Assembly: GCA_012295275.1 (NCBI GenBank)
Contig: CM022671.1
Coordinates: forward strand, 23,746,001 to 23,810,000
DNA length: 64,000 bases
From: Chrysomallon squamiferum
Taxonomy: Eukaryota; Animalia; Mollusca
Direction of reading: 5' to 3'
Part shown: piece after piece, positions 1-13,020 of the stretch
How positions within the stretch are numbered: the first letter of the stretch is position 1
Layout of the letters: every line of letters starts with the position of its first letter
Position numbers and translations under genes: made by a program
Notes under the pieces: generated by a model
Database searches by the model: none
Seen by the model: the letters and a program-made list of their open reading frames with translations, nothing else
Told to the model about the DNA's origin: nothing

Positions 1-20
1 TGAGATCTTGCATGTGAGTG
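1..20 (-). CDS. Septin A exon (partial): (S)THMQDL
   Basis: Minus strand reads atgcag|C ACT CAC ATG CAA GAT CTC A, completing the AG-C (Ser) codon from the previous exon. Confidence 0.9.
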
Positions 21-2558
21 CTGCATGTGGAATTTGTCAATAATTTATATCAACATATAAACATTTTTTTGTTAAAAATATTTGGTATGTTTTCTGTTTT
101 CTTTTTTCTTCATTATTAGGATAATAAATTAAAATACCAAACATAAATGCCTAGTACATGAAATGAATAATAAAGATATTCAAATGGAAACCACACATAC
201 ACATATTCTAACTTACATGTTTTGCAAATTATAAAAACTGTTACCTCTACAACAGGATTATGTAATTCTAAAAAGTGTAACAGAATTTTAAGACCTTGGT
301 ACCTGATCAGCATCTGCCTAAGCCTGTTGAAGTCACAATGCTTTGGATTGTCCACTGAAACAAAAATAATAATAATAACAATAATATTCACTATTGCTAG
401 TCTATTTGTGAAGACTAATAATTAAAATGTATTATTTGTAAATTGTATAAGCTGAATAAGCTTCCCAATTTTAGTTTTTTTAATTAGAAAATAACAAACC
501 TTCCACAATGCCCCAGGGATATGCTCGTCCTCGAATTTTTCTTCCAGCAACCTCAACCACAGCATTACAGCCAACCACAGCAAATGGTAAACATGCCTTG
601 AATAATAATAATAATAATAACAGCAACAACAACAACATCAATTTATTGACAAAAAAAGAATTAAAATAAATAAATCCTGTATTATCAAATTATTTGGCAA
701 TATTTCAGTTAATTGATTGTGCCAGGCTTTCTTTTTCTGATTTCAAATAAACAAACATATTTTCAGAAAATAAAAGAAACAAATAATTTTAGGAACCTAT
801 AGTCTTGATTATTACTGAAGGTAAAAACTGCAAAAATTAAATAATTAATTTGTAACTGATTTTTTCTCAGAGCTTAAAAAAAAAAGAAGTAAAAATTCAC
901 TGTAAATTACCTGATACCTCTTTGAAAAAAAAGAGAAGAAAACAACAACAAGAACAAAAAAACATCTGACAACAGCTTATACAAAACAACTAGCTGAATA
1001 TTTAATCACCTTCAGTTCTGCATCTTGCATTTTAAAGTCTTCATCTTCATCACTATCACATTCAGGAAATTTGTAAATCTGAATATCATTTCTGCTGATA
1101 TCATTCATTATCTATTTATTAAACAGGAAAATATATATAGTTGATTACTGGATGATGTCATTATTATTATTGTTATTATTATTATTATTATTATTTTTTA
1201 TTTATTTTTTTATTTTTTTATTTTAAAGTAATCTGCCATGAGTAAAATAAATTTACCTAATTTTAGTGTTATGTTTATGGAGAGGAACAGAATTTTGGCT
1301 GCCCTTTTACATATTAATCACCAGTAAATGTAAATAAGAGTATTTTTAACTTTTATAAAACATTTTAATTTATTTTTCAATTTATCCATACAACTATAAG
1401 TCATAAAAACGACATTGGTAAATATTATTTTTAAATAATTCCATCATTAATTTTAACTTTTGTTTTTTAAAAGAAAAAGGAAAAGGAAAAATCTGAATTT
1501 TATTTATACCCACATTTTCTTTCATCTTTTTAATTTCATCCTTTGTCAGAGTATCAGCTTTGGCTAAAACAGGAACAATGTTAACTTTGTTATGAAGCTT
1601 TGTCATCACTAAAATATCAAGTGGTTTTAATCTGAAAGTGATAAAAAAAAGTACTCACAATTCAAATTCAAAGAGAGAATCAGTATTGGTAATAAGATAA
1701 TGATTATACTGTATTTGAAAATGTTTTAGTAATAGATAACAAAGCAACTCTTAAACAAATATCATTTACATTTTTTCAAATGAATTATGTCCCTTTAACT
1801 AATATACTGTTTCCCATTTTATCAAAAAAATAATGATTTATTTTATATGCTTAACTTATATTAATGTTGCTTACAATATGAACAAAATAGTAACTATGAC
1901 TTTATTTTTTTAAAAACCCAAAATATATAAAAACCTTTCTGAAACTTATGATTTTAGGTAACAGTTCTCACTGCAATAAATAACACACATCTTGACTTTT
2001 CATATTGATAAAGCACATTATTTTATATAAGTATAGATATAATGTAAAAATAAAAAAGTAATCATTTACCCATGACCTAATGGTGAAATGAAGTAGAGCA
2101 AACAATGGACTCGGTTATCTACAATATTCTTTCGATTCAAACCACTCTCATCTTGTAAATACTGTTCAAACTGTCTGTCAATGTAATCAACAATAGTTTT
2201 CCAGCTGAAAAAAAAACAACATAATTTTAAGAAATCTGCAAAAACTAACTACATTTAGAATAAACAAAAGGAGGAAAACTTTAAAAAAATATATTTTTAT
2301 AATTATTTTTATAAAAGCTAATTTACATATTTTTACAGTTTGTTCTAATTTGTAAAAATAAATTCAACCTATTTGTAAACTAACTTACTTAATAATGTCT
2401 TCAGTACTTTTTAATATATTTGATAAATGTCAGTCATTCCAAATCAACAGAGAATAGTTAATTAATACACACTAATTTCAAGCCAAGTAAGTTTCTAAAC
2501 TCTGTGCATGTGTATGTATGTGCGAGTGTTTATGTTTTCCATAAGTGTATGACTCGGT

Positions 2559-2604
<46 letters not shown>

Positions 2605-5600
2605 ATTTAAATATTTCCCCACCTAGTTTCAGCATTGAGAGCATCATTGAAGCCTGGAGTATCAACAATTGACAGCCTCAGTCTTACACCTTTTTCTTCA
2701 ATCTCAAGTTGTTTTTTGTCTATCTCAACTGTTCTGTATATTTTTTCTGAAATATAAACAAATATGTACCTAGTATATATATTGATTTAATAATTTTTTA
2801 TTATTATTATTATTTTTAAAATTAAATTCAATTAAAGTTCATTTCATGCAATCAAACACCCCCCCAAAACAAAATTAAAATTTAAAAAATAAAAGTAAAA
2901 GTAATATTAATAAATAAAAAAATATTTAAAGAAATCACACACACACACACACAATTAAAGAAAAGAAACAAGCAGAACTAATAATTATAAGAAGAAGAAG
3001 AGTAAATAGACAAGGTCACTTAGAAGTAAGTTTACCTTCCACTGGTGGTTGATATTTATCTGGGTAGAGGTCAGTTAAGAACAGACTGTTTATCAAGGTG
3101 GATTTCCCCAGACCAGACTCTCCTGTAAGTACATAACTTAATAATAAAATGTTATTTAAAATATCAGTTGTAAAAATAAGTAAAATTATGTTCAGTTAGT
3201 TATATATTATGCTTTAATAATTTATTTATCTAGAAACATTATGCTAGGAACATTGCATATTCTGTCAGATAAAGACTGTGTTGCTGCCATTATCAAAATT
3301 ATAGTCATTTATTTGAAAAAGTTATTTTGAGCAATTATCACCTGGGTCTGTTAATGCAAACAATTATGACTTTGACAGATAAAATTATAAAAACCATGCT
3401 AACCAACAACCATAAGTGTGAAATCAAATCCTTTCTTGACTGCTTTTCTGTGTACTTGATCTGGTAAAGTAGCAAAGCCAATATAGTCATCTTCATCCTG
3501 TAGAAAAAATAGTTAAATTCTCAGTAAACACCTGACATTAAAATTGTTAAGCAGAATAATCAACTTTATTATTATTATTTTTTGAATTAGTTTGCACAAC
3601 TGCTCTATCTGACTCCTTTTGTTCAAAAAATATAAACTATAGAAACATTTTAAAAGCATTAAAAAAACAACAAAAAGAACTACGAAAAAAACCAAAACAA
3701 ATCTGAGACCTGTAATTTAGAGCAATCAAATAAAAACATTACTTCAAACATTATCAGGACCAGTCTAATTCACAATATTTGCGGGTTGATTCCACTTTCA
3801 CCATGGACAGAATGGACACTTGTCTCTTTATTTGGCAAGATCACCTTAAACTGGACATCATGCTAATATTGAGAATTCTGGTGAAAGCTGTATCAACATC
3901 TGGGTATATTTGGGTTACTATACTTCTTCAAACTGTATCTTTGCACCAAAGATTAAAAAAAAATTAAAAGGAATAAAATAATTTTAAAAAAATTGAAGTC
4001 ACAATGTTTTAAGTAAATAATATTAAGAACAATAAAAATAAAAGTATATATATTTAAATATTTATAAATTTTGTAACAAACTTTCAAGAACCTAACCTAG
4101 ACTCTATTCACTTTTTGTTCTATTATTATTTTCTTTTTACCTCTTATGTAAAAGCAAACACATTATTTATTTATTTATTTATTTATTAATTTAAAAAGTA
4201 TAAAGGAAAACAAATACAGAGGAAACAATTCATAAACCAATCTTTAAACTTTTCTGTTTAAAAATATATACTTCTATTTTTCTCTAAAATATTACTGGCA
4301 ATACCCTAATCATAATTTGATTATTAACTATTATTAACCTATTTTTGAAGTTTACTTCTAATTTTGAACAATATCAGATGAAGCTGAAATGTCATATATT
4401 TAACAAGCATTACAGTATACTGGTACAGTGGATAGTGTACCAATTAGGATATAATTAACTGAACCATACAGATTTTCATATTTCATAAAGTTAATTTCAG
4501 ACATCTGAAATGAATGGAAGATAAGAATAAATGTCTCCTACTTTTAATATGAAAAAGAAGAAACAAATGTAACCAAGTAACTATTCTTCACAATTAGCAA
4601 GCAAACAGCTTTAATTTGCTTTGAAAATTTTTGAACTTTTATAAATCAACTGGCAAAATATTCAGACTCAAATGTAAAATAAGTATGAATTTGACAGTTT
4701 CATATTAATATATCTGATATATTTAATATAAACTGTCTAAATTTGTCTACAATTTAAAAACTAATAGTTAACTAAACTAGTTTCTGTTTAATCTTTGTTC
4801 TACTATACTATTCTACTCTAAGATTCATAATGTCTTTCTATTTGTTTTTAAACTGCTTCCCAAACTGACCATTTGTAAACAAATTAGAGAGAAGTAAAGA
4901 AGCTGGTCAGACTGGAAAGTAAGTTTAGAAACTTTGCAATCCAGGATAATAATTATAACAAAACATAAAGACGAAAATGTGGTTAACATACCTGTAGATG
5001 ATGGGCTAATACAAACTAGCATTCACTAGCATTTGAATACTGAGGTATTTAAACGTACTTGTAAAAGCATTTATTACATAAAAAGTTAATCTTTTGTTCA
5101 GTATCTAAATGTTATACAGTAATTTAAGAAAATTAGACTGTTTAAAAAAGAGAGAATTAATTAATTGCATAATAAAGTACAATGTAATCATTGAAACCTG
5201 TATATCATACACAATAAACAGCCATATGAAATATAAATGTTAATATTTTGATGGTTTTCTGTTCAATAAACAGTAAGTAAAACCATAATAATCAGGCTTT
5301 TCATGTCTGTCCTTTGATGAAAAACTTAAGAACTACACCAATAAATCTGAAATGTCACATTCACTCAGTGTTGAAGATATTACTTGGTATTTAATTTAAG
5401 TGATTTATTTAACCTGTAATATCTACCAATTTATTAATTATCAACAGTCATCAATTTTTTGATTTTTTCACTCTATTAAAATAAACAGATGTATAATCTT
5501 TTAATTAAATGTTATCCCTCAAAATGTTTAGATTAATAAAAAGTTAATAAAAAGCCACATTTTACTACTATTTTCTTATCAGCGAAAAGGTATATTGCAT

Positions 5601-6865
5601 AATAACACATTTTTGCTGATATATATATATATATATATAAACAGTGTGTCCCATAAAATACATAGGAAAAATATACTTTTTTATATGAAAAACCATTTTT
5701 ATTTATATAATATGCTCTATATGACTGCCATTATGTTGAAAACACATCTCAGTGAGTGTCCTCCACTGCTGAAGAACACATACAAGCAGAGCTGGAGTTA
5801 TGCTTGTAATGGTTTATGTTTTGTATTTTTTCCAGATACACCATGGCCTTCAAATGCCCCCAAAGGTAAAAATCAAGTGGGTTAAGGTGTGGGGATCTGG
5901 TAGCCATTCCACACCTGATCTAACCACTGATGTAAGTGAAAAACAAATGAAAAAATACAATATTAAAACCATATGTATGGAAACTTATGGGACACCCTGT
6001 ATATCAGCAAAGATCTGTTATTAAACATATATATAAATAGAGGCAAGAAATAAAACAGTTAATTTCATTTAGTATTAGGACTGCAAAATAAACGAAATAA
6101 CTGATAATTGGTTACTATCTAAAGATATCAGTTTTATCCTCCTCGTGTCTAATGTTGCATGCAGCTCAGCAAAGCCTTGCTGTATTCGCCATTCTAACCT
6201 TCACATTATATGTATAAAACAATTAGTTCTTTGACTGGAGAGATCAGGCTTTCTCCGTTATCTTTGTGGCAGTTGTAAGTGTGATTCCAAATAACCATAG
6301 ATTAAAAATGAGTGGGGTTATGCTTTTCCATAACATTAATAAAACAGTTGCACACCTGACACACACACATATATTCAGAATCCTCTATGCTGCTTTCGTA
6401 TATTAATTTTTTATAATTGTTTATTTGTAGTTTTGTTCATAAAGCAACTTGACATATTTATGTTTTGCCTCAGGTAGTGGTCTTGATATATATATTAAAA
6501 ATATTTTGCTTTGCAGAACCAGTTTAGCAGTAAATGTAAAACTGATGCAGAATGAAATAATACAATAGCTCTATTATAATTGCAGAAAGGTATAAAAACT
6601 GATGGTTACTGGAATGTAACTGGCTTTAATAATTATTATAGCTAGGTTTCAGTCTCCTATAATTTAGAAAAAAGTGCACAAAATCTTCAGTTTATTAAGA
6701 GGTTCTGATTTTGATTTCTCTATTACCTATTTAATATAATATTTTACTACATTATCTCAGGCAAATCTCACCGCGTACAAAGTAGTTAATATCTGATAAC
6801 TGGGAATTCAACTCAGCATGAGATTTAACATTCATTTAATATTTATGAAGAGAGAGGGAGGGAGG

Positions 6866-6963
<98 letters not shown>

Positions 6964-9900
6964 ACATTTATCTAAAAATGAAAGATTTTTTTACCAAAAA
7001 TATATTTATTTTATTATTTATTTATTATAATTTGTTGTTTTTTTTCTTGTTTTTTTATTATTTAAGCAAAAATATAATTTAAATTTTTAAATAATTTTAA
7101 TTTCATAGACAGTACAAAGATTTTTTCTTTTTTTCCTGAAAACTCACCTACCTCACTTTAATAAGATTATATTTACCTAGGATTATATTAGAACTAACAT
7201 AAGGTTGGTTTTTTGTTTGATGTTCTTTAGGCAAACCTAGTTTACTTAAATTCGGTTTATTTGTGAAGTAAACCAGTGAACTTTGAAAAACACCTGACAT
7301 TTGTTTTTTTTTGAAAAGTGTAATTCAGTTAAATACAAGTTTCACCATAATGTTACACTTTGAAAAATAATGTTATAAATATTTTTTTTTTTTAGTTTCT
7401 ATTTTATTATTATTAGTAGTAGTAGTATACTATTATTATTATTATCATTATTAAATCAATAAAAAGAAAACATGACTAAAATGCAAAACATATTTCAAAT
7501 AACTCTGAAATTTGATACTTAAGCATGCCAGTAGGTACAACAAACATTTGACAGAAAAAAATCTTCCAGCCTTGAAAAATAACAAATGCAAAACAATATC
7601 AGGGCTTGTTTTTTGTTTTTGAAACAGTTCCATTAAATGAACCTATATATATTTACAGAGATATGTAATGAAATGCTCATCTACTGAATGTCAACAGATA
7701 AATGAAAACATTTAGCTGTTTTATGGAACACTGACCATGTGTGAAAATATCAAATTACTTCCTTTCATATAAAATTATATTTCATCTCTGCTTGAGACAC
7801 ATGGTGGTATGATAGTAGTAAATTAAAACTTTCATAACATTATGTACTACTGCACATTGTGCATTCAACAGAAGTCACTTGGCAAATATTATGTGAGTGA
7901 AGAAAAACAGTTGTTGTCTATATTAATTAATTATAAAATAACTCAGTTTAGTTAATACAGACAAACATACATAATAGCTTAAGTCATGTTACTTAATAGT
8001 CACTCACTTTTAAAAAAAAATATAATTTATTTTATTTTTTATTTTGTAATAAAGTATTTAAAAATATCCCTATTTATAAAACTATTCCTGGTTAAATGTC
8101 AGTATTTAATAGTAAGACAAAGTAACTTACCAGTCTTAGAATATCAGATTTAAGTGAGCCCAAATATACCTACTTCTATCCAAACTGACAAGTTGTTTAA
8201 TCCATAATTTATTTCTATAGTCATTTTACCTGTTTTCCTTCTATTTTAAATGTGTTATTGAAATGTTGAAGGCTTGACAGTAAATAAGTCACAAGAAGAA
8301 TAAACAAAACATCAAAACACCTAAACAGGTAAATGTTATTTTTAATATTTATTGCAATACTTCAGAAATAGTTTTGTTAATTCCAACAAAATACGTAAAA
8401 TATTTGGAGGCAAATGGTTTTGTTGTTTTTCTTTAAATTTATTATTATTAAAAATTATTTATTATTTTTCATCTCTTCAGAAATAATTGAAGTTTTAAAA
8501 TGAATAATGGTGCAAATGAGAGGCGCTAAAATAAATTTTAGATTACCATTTGTCACTTGAACTCTGTCAATCTGTCATCAGATAAAATAATGTCATCACT
8601 ACATCATCATTTTTTGGAGAGTTGCAACAAAAATGCAGTTTTCAAGATTAATAAACTCATTAAAGCAATTTTTATATTTTAAGTATTTTTTGCAGATTAA
8701 TGTACATGATAAACTTTATGGATGTGGCAGAATATATAACAAAATCATTTTCAATTTTGAAGTTTTCTTTTTCATTTGTTCGTTTTACTGATTTCCAAAC
8801 ATGAGTTTAGATTTACAGAACTGGATTTGCTTGAGGCATTTTAATAAGCTTAACCTTAAAGCTAAAAATAACAGCAAACAATGTCATAAGACGTTGTTTA
8901 TATTTAGAGCAATCATGTTTGATGCTTTTATGTATACTTACAGAGAGAGAGAGAGATGGAGAGAGAGAGAGAGCCTAAATAACTGAGAAACACAGATTTA
9001 TTTAACTCCATGCTTAATTATCTCACAAATTCATATTTTATCATTACCCATCAAAACTAAACACATGTGCCTTTTATTTCTATACAAAAATATAAAAAGG
9101 AAATGTAGTTTTGATGTTTATCAAGCAATATAGCTTTCTTTTATTATTTTCTTTAATTCAAAGCTCTTGATTTATCTGTAACATTTATAACATAACAACA
9201 ATAATTTGGATAAATAAATTTTGGTTAAAATCAACCAAATAAATTAAATATAATATATGATATATATATAATAAATCAGATATTATGTTACAAATAAAGT
9301 ATAATATCCTTAAAAAAACAGAGATAACATGCAGATATACAATTTGTCACAGGTATTTAATTTTACCTTAAATTTTGATGGAATGTAATCAATCTGACGA
9401 GTAGCAGTTCTTTGTGCACTTACAAGTCTTCTAAAGGAGGATCCTTTGTGAATGGGGGTGGCAGGAAGCTGGGGTACACTGGCCATGATTATATAACAGA
9501 TCATACATACACTCCCCCGTGTACAAGTGACAAGCAAACTGTTACACACAAACACTTTCTGGTGTATACATGGGATGGTCCATTTTCCATGAGGTGAGTT
9601 TGAGATAAAAACAGGATGCTCAAGTCTTCATTTGCTTCAGATGAGAGACATGTCTCTTTTCCTGCATGTTCAGCTACATGACATTATCTATTTCAGATAT
9701 TTTATGCTTACCCTAGCAATTTTAATGTGCATATATGTATAATTATAAAAAAATTGTCATGTTTTGGTAACAGTCATACCAAAATAGGGTATGAATGTTA
9801 CTACTGCTGCTGCTACTACTACTACAACTTTAACTGCTAGTACCTATTAAAATGTTAACTAATCCTACTACTATCACAAATAATTACAATTACTAATAAA

Positions 9901-11795
9901 AATATATCTGATCTGTTGTGTTCTAGTTTGATAAGAACATGCTAGTCAGTTTAATGTCTTTCATTACAGACATGCAAGATTAGATAATAATCATGATTAA
10001 TTAGACATTATAGATAAGTACACCTATCATAACAATATTTATGTACATTTTAAGATGAAAGCCTGGTTCCGACACTAAAAATAAGAAACATTACAGTGAC
10101 AGATGTCCCTATGAACTATGCATTACCTTTTTCAAATATTTTCAGGGATAAAGAGTAGTTTCTGTTAAAATAAAATAAAAAATACAAATTACACTAAAAG
10201 TAATTGGTCTTTTTAAAATTATATTTATAAAGATATTTATTTATTCTAGTCAGAGCTGACAAGTTTAGCTCATGAACATCCCGAAGGAGACCACTGAAGT
10301 TAAACAACAAGACTTGCCACTGAGCTGTTACATTCTTTCTAACTCAAGTAACTGGGTGAAGCAAACAGATGATTCCTTGTTGTTCACTCTCTGAACACAA
10401 TTTAAATAATCAAAAATGATAACATTCATTTTACTGAAATGTGAAATTAAGGCTCAGCGCTATCATTTATGAAGTGTTTAAAGGTAATATTTCTTTTCAT
10501 TTTTATTTAACTTAAGATGTGCTGTGAGTAACCTGATTTATATTTATTATTTTATTACAACACTTCTTCACATCAAACAATTTACTTTTAATAACTGTCA
10601 TAATAATAAAGATTCAGATCAGCTCCTTTCCTTTCCTTTGTTATCTACAGTTTTTCTATTTCTTTTTCCACTTGAAAGTTGCATTCTTTTTCCAACCCTA
10701 GAGCTAAATAGTCTTTCCTTCACCTTTACTGTACAAAATTTCATAATTTATTAACTAAAAAAAACCGTTTAGTTAATGACAGTAAAATGTTTATTATATC
10801 AAAGCTTAAAATAGAACAAAGTGAATACTTTAGTCTAATGAAAAGAAATGAAAATGGGATCTATTAGGGTCACTGATGTAACAAATGAGAAAAAAAAAAG
10901 AAAAAATCCCAAAACTCATCACACACACACACACACACTATTTGACCTATCCTGTCAGTATTTTTTTATCTGCACAAATATTGTTCTATTCTTTAAGACT
11001 GATGTCCAGACTTTATTCATATGTAATTTTACTTTCTTATTTTGAAAAAATAATTAGTGTATTGTTTTTTCATTCATCAGATTAGCATTAATATTAAAAT
11101 TTCAATTCAGACACATGAATTATCAGTTCATTACAATTTGTTATCTATTTTGCTGAATTCAGCTTCATCTGGTAGTATTTATAAATATATTTGATTCCTT
11201 TTACATCATTCACTTTTCATTAGACAAAATTTCTGTGTTACGTAAGAAAGAAAGAAAAAAAAATTCCACTTTTAAAAGCACATGAAGTAAGCAAAAGAGA
11301 ATCTAAAGCAGAACAGATGTTACGTAGTTTATACAGCGTAGTTCCATCCATCAAGGACTGAACTCAATTAGTAAAAGGTCATTTTGTCTATGTGCTTTCT
11401 AAAAATAAACTATACACTGCCAATATAAATCAGTTTGCTGTTCTGACAGCACATCTATGTATTCATTCATACCTACACATACAAATCTTACATTCATACG
11501 TTCATATATACATACATACATACAGGGATAGTTAAAGCTTTTGAATCCAACAAGATGACAAGCAAACTTGAATTGGACACAAATTAAGTGTGATACTTCT
11601 GTCCTCTGTTATCTTTTTTAATGATTGTATGTATTGTTTACTTGTGAAGGATTTTGTAATCAATTTACAATAATGTAAATATGTAATTATAAATTATGTG
11701 TAAAATTAAAACATCTAACTGAATTTCATCTTACAGAGAAACTATACTAAAAGAGCTTTAATGTGTAAATTTGTTAAAATATTTTAAAATTATTA

Positions 11796-11835
<40 letters not shown>

Positions 11836-13020
11836 AAATGTTCCTTTTTGTGTGTTTGTTTTTGGATAATCTATTCCAAAAAATGTCCATTAGATATCCA
11901 AAACTCATGGACATTACATTACAAAAATTAATACTTTTAGATTTTAATCCAGACAAATATTCCAGAAAAATGAGAAAAAAAAAATTGAATTAAAATGTTT
12001 TTGATTTATTTAGGAAATACTGAAAATTGAAAGTATAAAAATACCAAAACAAAATAAAATAGCCATATAGAAAGTGTCTCCTGAAAAAGAGGTCACCATA
12101 ATTAACACCAGAGCAGATCAATACCTCAGCCATAGAGAATGCCTTTCGATGCTCTAAATGCTAGTGTCTCCTGGAATGACTCATACCTGATCTATTTTTG
12201 ATATTGTTTGTACCAAATGGTGTTATGAAAGGGCAATATTACAAATGCTTTATTTACACCCACTTTGTTCTAGTCATTTAAAACTAAAATATCAAAACGT
12301 CCAGTCTGAACCTTTTTAAAATGGAAGACAACATTAGGTACTGAAATACTCCAGCAACTGCCATAAAAATTATACTGTCCATCTCACATTATTACTTATA
12401 AATAATTTTTATTTAGTGCAATTATTTATTTTAATTAACAAATTCTTAAGATCCAGCTTTTGAAGATAACAAAATTCCTACGAAATCCCCTAAAAGAACA
12501 AAATAAAACTAGTGTACAGTAATACAGTAACTTGAAAAAATTTAGTTTAAAACAAAGAAAAAATGGCCTGATATCAGGATTAAACAGTATTAGATCCAAC
12601 ATACAATTACATAAAGGTAAATTCAGTTCTCTGATTTCATTTTATAACTTACTTGTGGTTCCCCAGGTTGTTTCCAGCATGGTCTTCCCTCTTCAGATCC
12701 TCTTAAAAATTCTCTTCCTGTAAAAATAAATAACGGTGTAAAATGCATTATTTTCTTTCAGGTAAAATAGCACTAACTGTAACATATAAGTGATTAATAA
12801 TCTAAATATTATATATAACTGCACTGAGTTACGAAAACAGTTTGTTACAATACATATTTAAACTGAATTCTAGTTACCTTATTCAGAAATGAATACTCCA
12901 GTCTAAAAGTCCTTGGTATTTTTATTACTATTATTTTCTTAATATATTGGTTCTTATAGTACCTTTAAGACTTGATAATTCTGAAATACGTCGGCGACTT
13001 GCTGGTGAATTGCTATACAT
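1..13020 (-). CDS. Septin gene A, SEPT4/SEPT5 (Drosophila Sep4)-like, spliced; 3' end truncated by the window edge. Core exons: 3404-3497, 3036-3122, 2623-2746, 2070-2204, 1514-1631, 1010-1111, 500-596, 303-354, 1-20 (partial)
   Basis: Joined exons give [36 protein letters not shown] (G1) ... DTPGF (G3) ... AKAD (G4) ... [16 protein letters not shown] ... RGRAYPWG ... HCDF ... STHMQDL. All introns are GT-AG and the phases are consistent. [21 protein letters not shown] and LISTHMQ resemble SEPT4/5 more than SEPT2 (recalled similarity, not a database search). Confidence 0.93.
303..354 (-). CDS. Septin A exon, 52 nt: (V)[16 protein letters not shown](S)
   Basis: tttcag acceptor, AG|gtacc donor; septin unique element sequence. 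Confidence 0.93.
500..596 (-). CDS. Septin A exon, 97 nt: [32 protein letters not shown]
   Basis: caag acceptor, G|gtttgt donor; PFAVVG and RGRxYPWG septin motifs. Confidence 0.95.
1010..1111 (-). CDS. Septin A exon, 102 nt: [34 protein letters not shown]
   Basis: tag acceptor, AAG|gtgatt donor; polyacidic segment typical of SEPT2-group septins. Confidence 0.95.
1514..1631 (-). CDS. Septin A exon, 118 nt: [39 protein letters not shown]
   Basis: ttcag acceptor, gtgggt donor; G4 motif AKAD; overlaps ORF 1394..1609. Confidence 0.96.
2070..2204 (-). CDS. Septin A exon, 135 nt: [45 protein letters not shown]
   Basis: ttttcag acceptor, GG|gtaaat donor; DNRVH and LYFISP septin motifs. Confidence 0.96.
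2623..2746 (-). CDS. Septin A exon, 124 nt: (E)[40 protein letters not shown](S)
   Basis: tttcag acceptor, AG|gtgggg donor; switch I Thr and G3 DTPG. Confidence 0.95.
3036..3122 (-). CDS. Septin A exon, 87 nt: [29 protein letters not shown]
   Basis: ttacag acceptor, G|gtaaac donor; P-loop GxxxxGKS. Confidence 0.96.
3404..3497 (-). CDS. Septin A exon, 94 nt: [31 protein letters not shown]
   Basis: ttctacag acceptor (phase 0), G|gttagc donor; polybasic alpha0 region. Confidence 0.95.
3745..3935 (-). mobile_element. Possible highly decayed hAT-type transposase C-terminal fragment
   Basis: Broken minus frames read [23 protein letters not shown] and [22 protein letters not shown], reminiscent of the hAT dimerisation domain (FPNVxIALRIxLT ... 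LSILSIE ... LDF). Stops occur in all frames. Confidence 0.3.
5641..6001 (-). mobile_element. Internally deleted Tc1/mariner-superfamily DNA transposon with TIRs and a transposase 3' remnant
   Basis: Terminal inverted repeats acagtgtgtcccataa (5641-5656) and ttatgggacaccctgta (to 6001) lie in TA context. The minus strand encodes, with frameshifts, [26 protein letters not shown] ... [35 protein letters not shown], matching the WPPRSPDLxPLDFxLWG motif and C-terminus of Tc1/mariner transposases. Confidence 0.88.
6847..6962. repeat. (GA)n microsatellite
   Basis: Long perfect GA run preceded by GGGA units. Confidence 0.98.
9424..9486 (-). CDS. Septin A candidate alternative first coding exon: [21 protein letters not shown] (alternative donor at 9367 extends it to ...IDYIPSKFK)
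   Basis: ATG in aatcATGG context; GC-richer island; phase-0 donors CTT|gtaagt (9424) and AAG|gtaaaa (9367) both fit the phase-0 acceptor at 3497. Confidence 0.55.
12653..12717 (-). CDS. Septin A N-terminal exon, 65 nt: (G)[21 protein letters not shown]
   Basis: ttttacag acceptor, CAA|gtaagt donor; open frame, phase 1 in and phase 0 out, linking exon 12963 to exon 3497. Confidence 0.7.
12963..13020 (-). CDS. Septin A first coding segment [19 protein letters not shown](G); the exon probably starts at 13100 with 5'-UTR
   Basis: tttcag acceptor at 13101-13102; in-frame TAG upstream of aaaATG; AAG|gtact donor in phase 1 matches the next exon. Confidence 0.65.

Noticed and set aside
3780-3865. 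Minus frame [21 protein letters not shown], resembling a ubiquitin-like/RBD fold, as a septin A exon
   Set aside because: No phase-0 donor compatible with exon 3497, and flanked by stops; better explained as a decayed transposon or chance.
4992-5022. ATG...CAG|gtatgt candidate first exon ([10 protein letters not shown])
   Set aside because: Exits in phase 1 while the next exon needs phase 0.
8131-8225. Strong gtaagt donor at 8130 as a septin A exon
   Set aside because: No ATG-initiated open frame in phase 0 and no good polypyrimidine acceptor.
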